Part shown: positions 45,483 to 53,701 of the stretch, one piece after another | How the letters are laid out: each line of letters opens with the position of its first letter | How positions within the stretch are numbered: position 1 is the first letter of the stretch | Assembly (NCBI GenBank): GCA_041490825.1 | Contig: JBGPTW010000011.1 | Location: 2,903-66,902, forward strand | Source: Candidatus Methylomirabilia bacterium | GTDB lineage: Bacteria > Methylomirabilota > Methylomirabilia > Rokubacteriales > CSP1-6 | Reading direction: 5' to 3' | DNA length: 64,000 nt | Translations under genes and position numbers: made by a program | Notes under the pieces: generated by a model | Databases searched by the model: none | Seen by the model: only the letters and a program-made list of their open reading frames with translations | Told to the model about the DNA's origin: nothing

Positions 45483-45575
45483 GTGGCGGTCACGATCATG
45501 GTGACGGTGCTCGGACTGAATCTGCTCGGCGACGGCTGGCGGGACGTGCTGGATCCCAGCATGCGGTTAACCTGA
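45483..45575 (+). pseudogene. 3' remnant of an Opp/Dpp (DppC-like) permease
   Basis: VAVTIMVTVLGLNLLGDGWRDVLDPSMRLT* matches the DppC C-terminal NLLGDGLRDALDP motif. Confidence 0.75.
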
Positions 45576-45593
45576 CCGCAGGAGATCAATCCC

Positions 45594-46418
45594 ATGGCGG
45601 CTCCGGTGAAGTGGAAGAACGGCGCGCGGTGCGCCGTGATGCTGTCGTTCGACGTCGACGGCGAGACCCTCTGGATGGCGCGCGATCCGGCGCTGGCCGA
45701 GCGGCCCATCCACATGTCGATGGGCGCGTACGGGCCGAAGACCGGCGTGCCTCGCATCTTGAAGCTGCTCGACCGCTACGGCATCAAGGCGGGCTTCTTC
45801 ATCCCGGGCTGGACGATGGAGCACTATCCCGAGATGACGAAGGAGATCGTGCGTCGCGGTCACGAGCTCGGACACCACGGCTACCTGCACGAGAAGCCGT
45901 TCTTCCTGCCGGGACCGAAGGAAGAGGAAGCGCTGATCGTCAAGACGCTCGACATCTTCAAGAAGATCGCGGGCGTCGCGCCCAGGGGATCGCGCACGCC
46001 GTCCGCTGACCCGAGCAAGCACACGATGGATCTCTTGCGGAAGCACGGCATGATCTATCACAGCAACATGATGGACGCCGATCTGCCGTACCGGGTGAAG
46101 ACCGCGCATGGCGAGCTGATCGAGCTCCCGACCACGTGGGTCAACGACGACTGGATGTACTTCGGCTTCAGCGCCAACCCGCCGGCGGGCAACGGCATCT
46201 GGAGTCAGGAGGACGTCTTCGAGATCTGGAAGGAAGAGTTCGAGGGCGCGTACGAGGAGGGCGGCTTCTTCAATCTGATGGGTCACCCGCAAGTCATCGG
46301 CCGGCCGTCGCGCATGCGGATGGTCGAGCGGCTGATCCAGCACATCCTGGGCAAGAAGGACGTCTGGTTCGCGCAACCGCTGGAGCTCGCGGAGTTCTGG
46401 CTCGAGCACGGCGCGTGA
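45594..46418 (+). CDS. polysaccharide deacetylase family (CE4, PuuE/PgdA-like)
   Basis: LSFDVDGE, YGPKTGVPRILKLL, HELGHHGYLHE, MGHPQVIGRPSR. Confidence 0.9.
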   Translation: MAAPVKWKNGARCAVMLSFDVDGETLWMARDPALAERPIHMSMGAYGPKTGVPRILKLLDRYGIKAGFFIPGWTMEHYPEMTKEIVRRGHELGHHGYLHEKPFFLPGPKEEEALIVKTLDIFKKIAGVAPRGSRTPSADPSKHTMDLLRKHGMIYHSNMMDADLPYRVKTAHGELIELPTTWVNDDWMYFGFSANPPAGNGIWSQEDVFEIWKEEFEGAYEEGGFFNLMGHPQVIGRPSRMRMVERLIQHILGKKDVWFAQPLELAEFWLEHGA

Positions 46419-46478
46419 GTCGCGAGAACGCCTTTTCAGCGCGGTTCTCATCGCGTACGCTCCCATAGGGAGACCGAA

Positions 46479-46715
46479 ATGGGTGATTCACCAATTCAGG
46501 GCTATGAATATCTCGTCACGAATCCCGAACGCCTAGGCGGAAAACCAGCGATCAAGGGAACGCGCTTTTCCGTCTCCTTCATTCTTGCTTGCCTCGCCGA
46601 GGGAATGTCGTACGACGACATCGTGCGTGACTACTCAGAATTTCCGCGTGAGAGCCTCGCCGAGGCGCTTCGCTATGCGGCCGAAGTGACCGACCGGCGT
46701 GATGTGGCTGCTTGA
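46479..46715 (+). CDS. DUF433 family antitoxin
   Basis: NPERLGGKPAIKGTRFSVSFIL, GMSYDDIVRDY. Confidence 0.9.
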   Translation: MGDSPIQGYEYLVTNPERLGGKPAIKGTRFSVSFILACLAEGMSYDDIVRDYSEFPRESLAEALRYAAEVTDRRDVAA

Positions 46716-47037
46716 TGTCAACCTCCCGAATGGTTTGCTGCCCCTGCTCCAGAGCCTTGGGATTTCGTGTGACACGACGATCCGACGCGGCTGGCGCGGG
46801 CTGACCAACGGGGAGCTCGGGAGGGCGGCATACGAAGGGGGCTTCCGGGTCATTCTCACGCGGGATCGTGACTTCGGAGGCACAGCGGGAAGCGTCTTGA
46901 TGCGGTTGCCCGACCTGGCGGTTGTTGTGGTGACGATCCCTCAGGCCCGTGAAGCCGCATATCTGGAAGCCTTTGAAGCGCGTTGGCGCGAGCATGCGAT
47001 CGCTCCGGTAGCGGGATCCATTATCGAGTGGCCGTGA
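46699..47037 (+). CDS. DUF5615 PIN-like toxin
   Basis: WLLDVNLP, RVILTRDRDFG; overlaps the DUF433 gene. Confidence 0.85.
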   Translation: MMWLLDVNLPNGLLPLLQSLGISCDTTIRRGWRGLTNGELGRAAYEGGFRVILTRDRDFGGTAGSVLMRLPDLAVVVVTIPQAREAAYLEAFEARWREHAIAPVAGSIIEWP

Positions 47038-47206
47038 ATACGGGGCGATCGAACACCCTCTCGGACCCGGCGGCGCTCGACACGCGCCGCAGATGATCTG
47101 CCGACTTCACCTCGTCGGGATCGTCCCATCTGGTCGATAGGCTGTCAACGTCACCGATCGCATTCATACGAGGTGAACATCGAGGCGCTGAGGTATCCTC
47201 CATCTC

Positions 47207-48613
47207 ATGAAGGGCGCCGCCGACACGTATCAGGGCCGCGGGCTCATCGCCGACCCGATCCATCGGTACATCCTCTACACGCGCCCCGGGGGGATGGCCG
47301 GGGAGGCGACCGAGCAGGACCTGATCGATACGTCGTGGGTGCAGCGGCTGCGGCGCATCCCGCAGCTCCAGTCGGCGCGCTGGGTGTTTCCGGCGGCCGA
47401 GCACAGCCGTTTCCAGCACTCGCTCGGCGCCATGCACCTCGCCGGGCGGTTTGGCCAGCAGTTGTATCCGTCGTTGCGCGCGCACTTCGACGACGCGCCG
47501 TCGCCGGCGCTGATCGAGGAGCTGCTGCGCGTGTCTGGCCTGCTCCACGACGTCGGCCACGGGCCGTTCGGCCATTTCTTCGACGACAACTTTCTCGTCG
47601 ACTACGACCTGACGCACGAGCTGGTGGGGCAGCGCATCATCCGCGAAGAGCTCGCGGACATCCTGCGCGAGCTGCGACGCAGCCCGAGCGGCGCGTTCGC
47701 TGCAGGCGAGGCGGTCGATCCCGAGTGGATCTGCTACCTGATGGGCAAGAGCTACACGCAGCCGCTCGAGTCACACCCGCGGTGGCTGCCGTTCCTCAAG
47801 CCACTGCTCTCGGGCGTCTTCACCGCTGACAACATGGACTACGTGCTGCGTGACGCCTACATGTGCGGGGTGGCGGTGGGACCGATCGACGTCGAGCGCA
47901 TCATCTATTATTCGTTCTTCTCCGAGCACGGGTTAACGCTCGACCGGGGCGGGCTGCAGGCGTTCATCATGTTCCTGAATGCCCGCTTCTACATGTACAC
48001 GAACGTCTACTATCACCGCACGACGCGCGGGATCGACATGCACCTGAAGGAGATCTTCCGCGACACGATGCGGCTCGTGTTCCCGTACGACCTCCGCAAG
48101 GACCTGCACCCGTACCTCCATCTGACCGAATGGACGCTGCTGGAAGAGGTCGGCCGCTGGCACGACAGCGACGACCCCGAGAAGAAGGCGCTCGGAAGCG
48201 AGTGGCGGCAGATCCTGGACCGCAAGCTTCGGTGGCGGATGTCGCACGAGGTCGTGCTCGATCTGTTCGAGCCGCGGCGCGGCCACAGTTTCCTCGACGC
48301 CGACACCGTCGAGCGGAGGGTGCGGACCTTCCTGCCGGCCCACCTCAAGGCCTTCCCCTTCAAGATCGACATGGCGTTGCAGGACCCGCGGCCGCTCAAT
48401 CCGTTGCAGATGGGCGATCGTCAGATCTACGTCTACGACTCCGCGGCCGGCATCGTCGCGAAAGAGCCCCTGACCGAGATCTTGAAATATCTCCCCGGCA
48501 AGGTCGCGCAGTGCCGGATCTTCGCCGCCAGTCACGAGCACGATGCCCAGCTGGCGCGGGCGCTCGAGCGCGCGCTGACCGAAGAGCCGGCGTCGATCGT
48601 CACGAATGTGTAA
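47207..48613 (+). CDS. HD-domain phosphohydrolase (SAMHD1/YdhJ-like dNTPase family)
   Basis: VQRLRRIPQL, HSRFQHSLG, LLHDVGHGPFGH, DNMDYVLRD, VYYHRT. Confidence 0.88.
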   Translation: MKGAADTYQGRGLIADPIHRYILYTRPGGMAGEATEQDLIDTSWVQRLRRIPQLQSARWVFPAAEHSRFQHSLGAMHLAGRFGQQLYPSLRAHFDDAPSPALIEELLRVSGLLHDVGHGPFGHFFDDNFLVDYDLTHELVGQRIIREELADILRELRRSPSGAFAAGEAVDPEWICYLMGKSYTQPLESHPRWLPFLKPLLSGVFTADNMDYVLRDAYMCGVAVGPIDVERIIYYSFFSEHGLTLDRGGLQAFIMFLNARFYMYTNVYYHRTTRGIDMHLKEIFRDTMRLVFPYDLRKDLHPYLHLTEWTLLEEVGRWHDSDDPEKKALGSEWRQILDRKLRWRMSHEVVLDLFEPRRGHSFLDADTVERRVRTFLPAHLKAFPFKIDMALQDPRPLNPLQMGDRQIYVYDSAAGIVAKEPLTEILKYLPGKVAQCRIFAASHEHDAQLARALERALTEEPASIVTNV

Positions 48614-48630
48614 GAGTGCCTCGACCCAGA

Positions 48631-48659
48631 TTGACAGGCGTGACACCCCCGGGGACAAT
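48631..48659 (+). promoter_or_regulatory. sigma70-like promoter of the TlpA-peroxiredoxin pair
   Basis: TTGACA, 17 bp, GACAAT, 9 nt before ATG 48669. Confidence 0.6.
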
Positions 48660-48668
48660 GCCTCACTC

Positions 48669-49196
48669 ATGAGGTTGCCACTCTCGCGACTCGTGCTCGT
48701 CCTCGCGGCATGCGCCTTCGCCTTCACCGGCCAGCGTGCCGTGGCGCAAGACTCCGACGTCTTCATCTTGAAGGAGAAGACGCCGGCACCCGCGTTCTCG
48801 CTCCCCGACCTCTCGGGCCAGACCGTCAAGTCCACGGCATTCGCCGGGAAGGTCGCGGTGCTGAGCTTCGGCGCGACCTGGTGCCCCACCTGCACCAGCG
48901 AGCTCAAGAGCCTCGAGAATCTCCAGGCGAAGTTTCCGAAAGATCTCGTGGTCTACTTCGTGGCGCTGGACGGTCGCGGCGACAAGGACGTCAAGCCGTA
49001 CATGGAAAAGAACGGGCACAGGATCCCGACGCTGATCGACCCGAAGATGGCGGTGGCGCGCGAGCACGGGATCCGCTGGATCCCGGTCACCGTGGTGCTC
49101 GACCGTACCGGCGTGATCGTCGGCCGGGCGATCGGCCCGCGTGAATGGGACGGCAAAGAAGCGCTCGACTTCATCCAGCCGCTGATCAAGCGATGA
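48669..49196 (+). CDS. secreted TlpA-like thiol:disulfide oxidoreductase
   Basis: Signal peptide; APAFSLPDL; SFGATWCPTCTSE; IPVTVVLDRTG. Confidence 0.88.
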   Translation: MRLPLSRLVLVLAACAFAFTGQRAVAQDSDVFILKEKTPAPAFSLPDLSGQTVKSTAFAGKVAVLSFGATWCPTCTSELKSLENLQAKFPKDLVVYFVALDGRGDKDVKPYMEKNGHRIPTLIDPKMAVAREHGIRWIPVTVVLDRTGVIVGRAIGPREWDGKEALDFIQPLIKR

Positions 49197-49224
49197 GGAT
49201 TCGATCCGTCACAGGAGGATGCGC

Positions 49225-49779
49225 ATGAGACCTATGCGGTTCGCGATGACCCTGCTCGTGGTGAGCATCATGTTCGCGCTGGCGCTTGCCTCGGCGCTCC
49301 CGGCCGCGGCGCTCGAGGTCGGTGACAAGGCGCCCGACTTCAAGCTGCCGGCGACGACGAAGCCGGAGCTGACGCTGTCCGAATTCGCCGGAAAGAAGAA
49401 CGTCGTGCTCTTCGGCTTCATCGGAGCGTTTACCCCGACGTGAACGCGCGAGGTCGCGGCTTTCCAGCTTGATCTCCCCAAGTTCGAAAGCCGTAACGCC
49501 CAGGTCGTGGGCATCAGCTCGGATTTCCAGCCCGCCAGCGCCGCGTGGAGCGAGAAGATGGGACTCACGTTCCCGCTCGTGAGTGACATGGCGCGCACCA
49601 CGCTCGACGCGTACGGGTTTCTCGACACCGACCCGAAGAGCCGCCTCTACCGCTACGCGAAACGTGCGTACGTCATCGTCGACAAGACGGGCGTCGTTCG
49701 CTACAAAAAGATCCTGGCGACTCCGCGTGATCTCGTGACGGATGACGAGCTTCTCGCGGAACTCGACAAGCTGAAGTAG
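49225..49779 (+). CDS. secreted peroxiredoxin (AhpC/TSA, BCP-like), predicted selenoprotein (in-frame TGA at 49441-49443)
   Basis: VGDKAPDFKL...GAFTPT-TGA-TREVAAFQ...VVGISSD...FPLVSD...RAYVIVDKTG in one frame; TGA at the peroxidatic Cys position. Confidence 0.85.
49457..49493 (+). promoter_or_regulatory. bacterial SECIS-like hairpin of the peroxiredoxin
   Basis: CGGCTTTC-C-AGCTTG-ATCTCCC-CAAGTT-C-GAAAGCCG; stem starts 13 nt after TGA. Confidence 0.6.
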
Positions 49780-49787
49780 GTCACGGA

Positions 49788-49825
49788 CTGTGGGCTCGTC
49801 GGCTGAGCGGCCGATGAGCTCACAG
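49788..49825. terminator. hairpin between convergent genes (terminator candidate)
   Basis: CTGTGGGCTC-GTCGGC-TGAGCG-GCCGAT-GAGCTCACAG; no clear U-tract. Confidence 0.4.
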
Positions 49826-49830
49826 CAGTC

Positions 49831-50820
49831 TCACCGCTTCTCGCGCAGCTTCTCCAGCGATGCTTTGAAGTCCTCGCAGGGGTCCGCGTCGTCGACGCGC
49901 GGGGTGAACCAGACGTAGTCCACCGGCAACGCCGGCCGTCCGAAGCCGGCCGCGTAGTCCTCAGGCTTCCTCGTCTCGCGCTCGACTTCGAGGAATGCCA
50001 TCGTCACCACGATCGCTCCCGGTCGCGCGATCCGCAGATACACCGGAACGCCACGGTCCTTGCGCACGTGACCGAAGCCGGCGATCAGCACGGCGCCGTC
50101 GGGCTCCGACCCCGTGGCCAGGCTGTCCGCGATGTGCGCGTCCCGCACGCGCTGTGTCGTCACCAGGCTGGCGATCGTCGCGTCGCTCCCATGACCACAG
50201 TGCGCGGCCTTGATCTCCTCGGCCATCTCGGCCTGCGTGTCCGCCGCAAGCGGTCGTTCGAGTCCGTAGCGCGCGACGAGCGCTGGATCGAGCGCCGCCA
50301 CGCCGTCGCGCCGCACGGCCGTGACCGTCGATTGCGCCAGGTTCGTCACGATGATGCGCAGCCGCGCCTTGAGCGCCGTGTCCGCGATGGGCTGATAGAG
50401 CGACCAGTCCGGCCAGCCCGAATGCTTCCAGTCCACGGCGTCGGCGAGGCCTGCGGCATCTCCGGGCGCCGTCGCCAGGTACCGCGCGAGCGCCGGTGCC
50501 TGCGCGACGGTCAGCATCTCGAAGCCGATTGCCGGCCGCCGGCCCGCCGCCACCATCCCGACCAGAAGCCACGCCTGAAGCTGGTGATGGTCAGGATTGT
50601 CGTGCTTCTCTCCCAGCAGCACGAACCGGCCGCGCGCGAGTCGGTCGACCAGCGCGGACGGTGAGACGAAGCTCGCCGCCGCGACGTCCCAGATGCGGCC
50701 CGCGAGGACGTGATCACGGCCGAGCGTCGTGCGCCACGACGGAACCGGATCGGTGGCGGCCGCGGCAAGCAGCGCGGGTACGATGAGAACCGCAAGCCAG
50801 CCACGATGGGGGAGCGGCAT
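49831..50820 (-). CDS. ChaN family (heme/iron-regulated, DUF399) protein
   Basis: VLLGEKHDNPDHH, IGFEML, WKHSGWPDWSLYQPI, QRVRDAHIA, LIAGFGHVRKDRGVP; start 50820 or 50835. Confidence 0.85.
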   Translation of the reverse strand: MPLPHRGWLAVLIVPALLAAAATDPVPSWRTTLGRDHVLAGRIWDVAAASFVSPSALVDRLARGRFVLLGEKHDNPDHHQLQAWLLVGMVAAGRRPAIGFEMLTVAQAPALARYLATAPGDAAGLADAVDWKHSGWPDWSLYQPIADTALKARLRIIVTNLAQSTVTAVRRDGVAALDPALVARYGLERPLAADTQAEMAEEIKAAHCGHGSDATIASLVTTQRVRDAHIADSLATGSEPDGAVLIAGFGHVRKDRGVPVYLRIARPGAIVVTMAFLEVERETRKPEDYAAGFGRPALPVDYVWFTPRVDDADPCEDFKASLEKLREKR

Positions 50821-50959
50821 GGAGTCAGGATGCACCGGAAGAGACCTGCGCGCCGGCGGAATAGCTGCGCGCCGTCACCGCCAGGACTAGAATCGGACGT
50901 CGTGCGAATTCGGAGCCGGCGGTCCGGGAGGACTGGCGGTCCGACATGAGGGACTCAGC

Positions 50960-52135
50960 ATGGAGAAATTCCGCGGCGTCGATTACTACGGGATCGAAGA
51001 CCTCCTCTCCGAGGAGGAGCGCATGGTGCGTGACGCCGTGCGCGACTGGGTCGAAGTGGAGTTCTTGCCGGTCGTCATCGAGCACCATCGGGCCGGCACG
51101 TTTCCGACCGAGCTGACGCCAAAGCTCGGCGAGCTCGGCATCTTCGGTGCCACGCTGAAAGGCTACGGGTGCGCCGGGCTCAACAACGTCGCCTACGGTC
51201 TCATCATGCAGGAGCTGGAGCGCGGGGACTCCGGGCTGCGCTCCTTCGCGTCCGTGCAGAGCGGGCTCGTCATGCATCCCATCCACGCCTACGGGTCCGA
51301 CGCGCAGAAGGACCGCTGGCTTCCGCGCCTCGCGACCGGTGAGCAGCTCGGGTGCTTCGGTCTCACCGAGCCCGATTACGGCTCCGATCCGGGCGGGATG
51401 AAGACGCGCGCGAGCAAGAAGGGCGACGCCTACGTGCTGAACGGCACCAAGCTCTGGATCACCAACGGGTCGATCGCCGACGTCGCGGTGGTCTGGGCCA
51501 AGGAAGACGACGGCGAGATCTACGGGTTCCTCGTCGAGCGGGGCACACCAGGATTCTCGACGCTCGACATCCACGGCAAGTTCTCGATGCGCGCCTCGAT
51601 CACCTCCGAGCTGGCGTTCCAGGACTGCAAGATCCCGCTCGAGAACAAGTTGCCCAACGTCAAGGGCCTGCGCGGTCCGCTCGGCTGTCTCAATCAGGCG
51701 AGGTACGGGATCGCGTGGGGCGCCATCGGGGCCGCCATGGCGTGCTACGACTGGTCGCTGCAGTACGCCCAGCAGCGCATCCAGTTCGGCAAGCCGATCG
51801 CCTCGTTCCAGCTCGTGCAGCAGAAGCTCGTGTGGATGATCACCGAGATCACGAAGGCGCAGCTCCTGTGCCTCCAGCTCGGCCGATTGAAGGACGCCGG
51901 CAAGCTGCGTCCCCAGCAGGTCTCGATGGCGAAACGTAACAACGTGCAGATGGCCCTCGACACGGCGCGCCTGGCGCGTGACATCATGGGCGCCGCCGGC
52001 ATCGTGGACGAGCACCCGATCATCCGCCATCTGCTGAACCTCGAGACCGTCAACACTTACGAGGGCACGCACGACATCCACACGCTGATCATCGGCCGGG
52101 ACATCACGGGGCTCGACGCGTTTTCAATTAGCTGA
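50960..52135 (+). CDS. gcdH: acyl-CoA dehydrogenase, glutaryl-CoA dehydrogenase-like
   Basis: ELERGDSGLRSFASVQSGL, FGLTEPDYGSDPGGM, TYEGTHDIH. Confidence 0.88.
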   Translation: MEKFRGVDYYGIEDLLSEEERMVRDAVRDWVEVEFLPVVIEHHRAGTFPTELTPKLGELGIFGATLKGYGCAGLNNVAYGLIMQELERGDSGLRSFASVQSGLVMHPIHAYGSDAQKDRWLPRLATGEQLGCFGLTEPDYGSDPGGMKTRASKKGDAYVLNGTKLWITNGSIADVAVVWAKEDDGEIYGFLVERGTPGFSTLDIHGKFSMRASITSELAFQDCKIPLENKLPNVKGLRGPLGCLNQARYGIAWGAIGAAMACYDWSLQYAQQRIQFGKPIASFQLVQQKLVWMITEITKAQLLCLQLGRLKDAGKLRPQQVSMAKRNNVQMALDTARLARDIMGAAGIVDEHPIIRHLLNLETVNTYEGTHDIHTLIIGRDITGLDAFSIS

Positions 52136-52360
52136 GGGGCCACGAAATGGCCCCTCAGACTCCCCCACGCTCGGGACGCCCCGGGACACCCGTGGCGCCC
52201 CTCGACCCCCCACGCTCGGGGCGTCGCGGGACACCCGCGACGCCCCTCGACCTTTCCCCACGGTCGGGACGCCCCGGGACACCCGCGACGCCCCTCGACA
52301 CTCCCCCACGCTCGGGGCGCCCCGGGACACCCGCGACGCCCCTCGACCCTCCCCCACGGT
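52133..52360 (+). repeat. REP-like element, copy 8: one head plus four tandem second hairpins
   Basis: Units end at 52205, 52250, 52298 and 52346 (periods 45, 48, 48); unit 2 has a perfect 13-bp stem. Confidence 0.93.
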
Positions 52361-52920
52361 CTCGGGCGCGTACGCTGCCCGATTACCTCGCGCCGGGACT
52401 CGGCCTCGTGTTCGTCGGAATCAATCCCGGCGCGTACTCGGTCGCGCGCGGCCACTACTTCGCGCGGCCGACCAGCCGCTTCTGGCCGGCGTTTTCCAGG
52501 TCCCGACTGAGCGAGCGTGCCCGACTCGTCCTGGGCCGCGCCACGCTCGGGCCCGAATGCGATGCCGAGCTCTTACGGGCTGGTATCGGTTTCACCGACG
52601 TCGTCAAGCGCACGACTGCCAATGCGGCCGAGCTGACGCCGGCAGACTTCGAGCTCTGGGCGCCGAAGCTCCTGGCGAAGCTGCGCCGGTATCGGCCGCG
52701 AGTCGCATGCTTCCACGGACTCACCGGGTACCGGCCGTTCGTTCGTCTTGCGCTGCGACGCGTTGACACCGAGCCAGCGCTCGGTCCGCAGCTCGATGTG
52801 ATCGGCGTCACGCGGATCTTCGTCGTCCCGAACCCGAGCCCTGCGAACGCGCACTTCACGCCGGCCGATCAGGCCGCCTGGTACGATCGGCTCGCCGAAT
52901 TCATCGGGGGGGCGGCGTGA
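52147..52920 (+). CDS. mug: mismatch-specific uracil-DNA glycosylase (Mug/TDG family) with a repeat-derived N-terminus
   Basis: TLPDYLAPGLGLVFVGINPG, HYFARPTSRFW, GFTDVVKR, PNPSPAN; the only ATG found upstream lies in the repeat head. Confidence 0.85.
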   Translation: MAPQTPPRSGRPGTPVAPLDPPRSGRRGTPATPLDLSPRSGRPGTPATPLDTPPRSGRPGTPATPLDPPPRSRARTLPDYLAPGLGLVFVGINPGAYSVARGHYFARPTSRFWPAFSRSRLSERARLVLGRATLGPECDAELLRAGIGFTDVVKRTTANAAELTPADFELWAPKLLAKLRRYRPRVACFHGLTGYRPFVRLALRRVDTEPALGPQLDVIGVTRIFVVPNPSPANAHFTPADQAAWYDRLAEFIGGAA

Positions 52921-52971
52921 TGATATGATGAAATCGTCATCCAGCCGAGATCGTCCGGGGAGGCCCCACGA

Positions 52972-53196
52972 ATGGCACGGATCAATCTCGAAATAGACGA
53001 CGACCTGAAGCGCCGGGCAAAAGTGAAAGCTGCGCAGGAGCAGCGGCCCCTCACGCAGGTGATCGAAGAGCTCCTCACCCACTGGGTGGAGGCCGGGGAT
53101 ACGGCCGCCAAGCGACGACGATTGCGGCTCGGAGTGCACAAGCTCGGCACGATCGGGACGCTGTCGCGCCGCGAGCTCTATGAAGATCTTCGTTGA
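52972..53196 (+). CDS. vapB: ribbon-helix-helix antitoxin
   Basis: RINLEIDDDLKRRAKVKAAQE; overlaps a PIN gene. Confidence 0.75.
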   Translation: MARINLEIDDDLKRRAKVKAAQEQRPLTQVIEELLTHWVEAGDTAAKRRRLRLGVHKLGTIGTLSRRELYEDLR

Positions 53197-53665
53197 TACC
53201 AATCTCTTCGTATATGCCGTCGACGCTCTGAGTCCCTTCCATCACGACGCGGGATCGTTCTTCGAATCGGTGGCGGAGCGCAACCTCGAACCGCACTACT
53301 CGAACCAGGTGCTCGGTGAGTTCTTCTCGGCCGTCACCAAGCGGGCTGCCCGTCCGCTGAGCCCCACGGTCGCCGCGCGGGAAGCGCTGCGCATGCTCCA
53401 GGCGACGCAGTTGGTGAGACTGCCGATCGACGATATCGCGATGAAGCTCACACTGGCGCTGGCCGGAAAGCATGGGCTGCGGGGCGTCGAGATTTTCGAC
53501 GCCCAGATCGTGGGGACCATGCTGAGCCACGGCGTCGAGGTCCTGTATACGGCCAATGTTCGGGACTTCGCTCGCTTCGACGAGATCGACGTCGTCAATC
53601 CCCTGTTGCCGGCCGGCCCGGGAACTCCACGCGTCGCCGAGAAACGCCGCCGGTATCGGCGGTGA
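53180..53665 (+). CDS. vapC: PIN-domain toxin
   Basis: IFVDTNLFVY, QVLGEF, IFDAQIVG, TANVRDF. Confidence 0.9.
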   Translation: MKIFVDTNLFVYAVDALSPFHHDAGSFFESVAERNLEPHYSNQVLGEFFSAVTKRAARPLSPTVAAREALRMLQATQLVRLPIDDIAMKLTLALAGKHGLRGVEIFDAQIVGTMLSHGVEVLYTANVRDFARFDEIDVVNPLLPAGPGTPRVAEKRRRYRR

Positions 53666-53701
53666 TAAGATCGGGCCTCACCAGTCTCACGGAGGAGAGC
53701 C

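Noticed and set aside
47207-48613. HD-domain protein as an anti-phage dNTPase system
   Set aside because: Host-like codon usage and no defence-island context apart from one TA pair; this family is common as a housekeeping enzyme.
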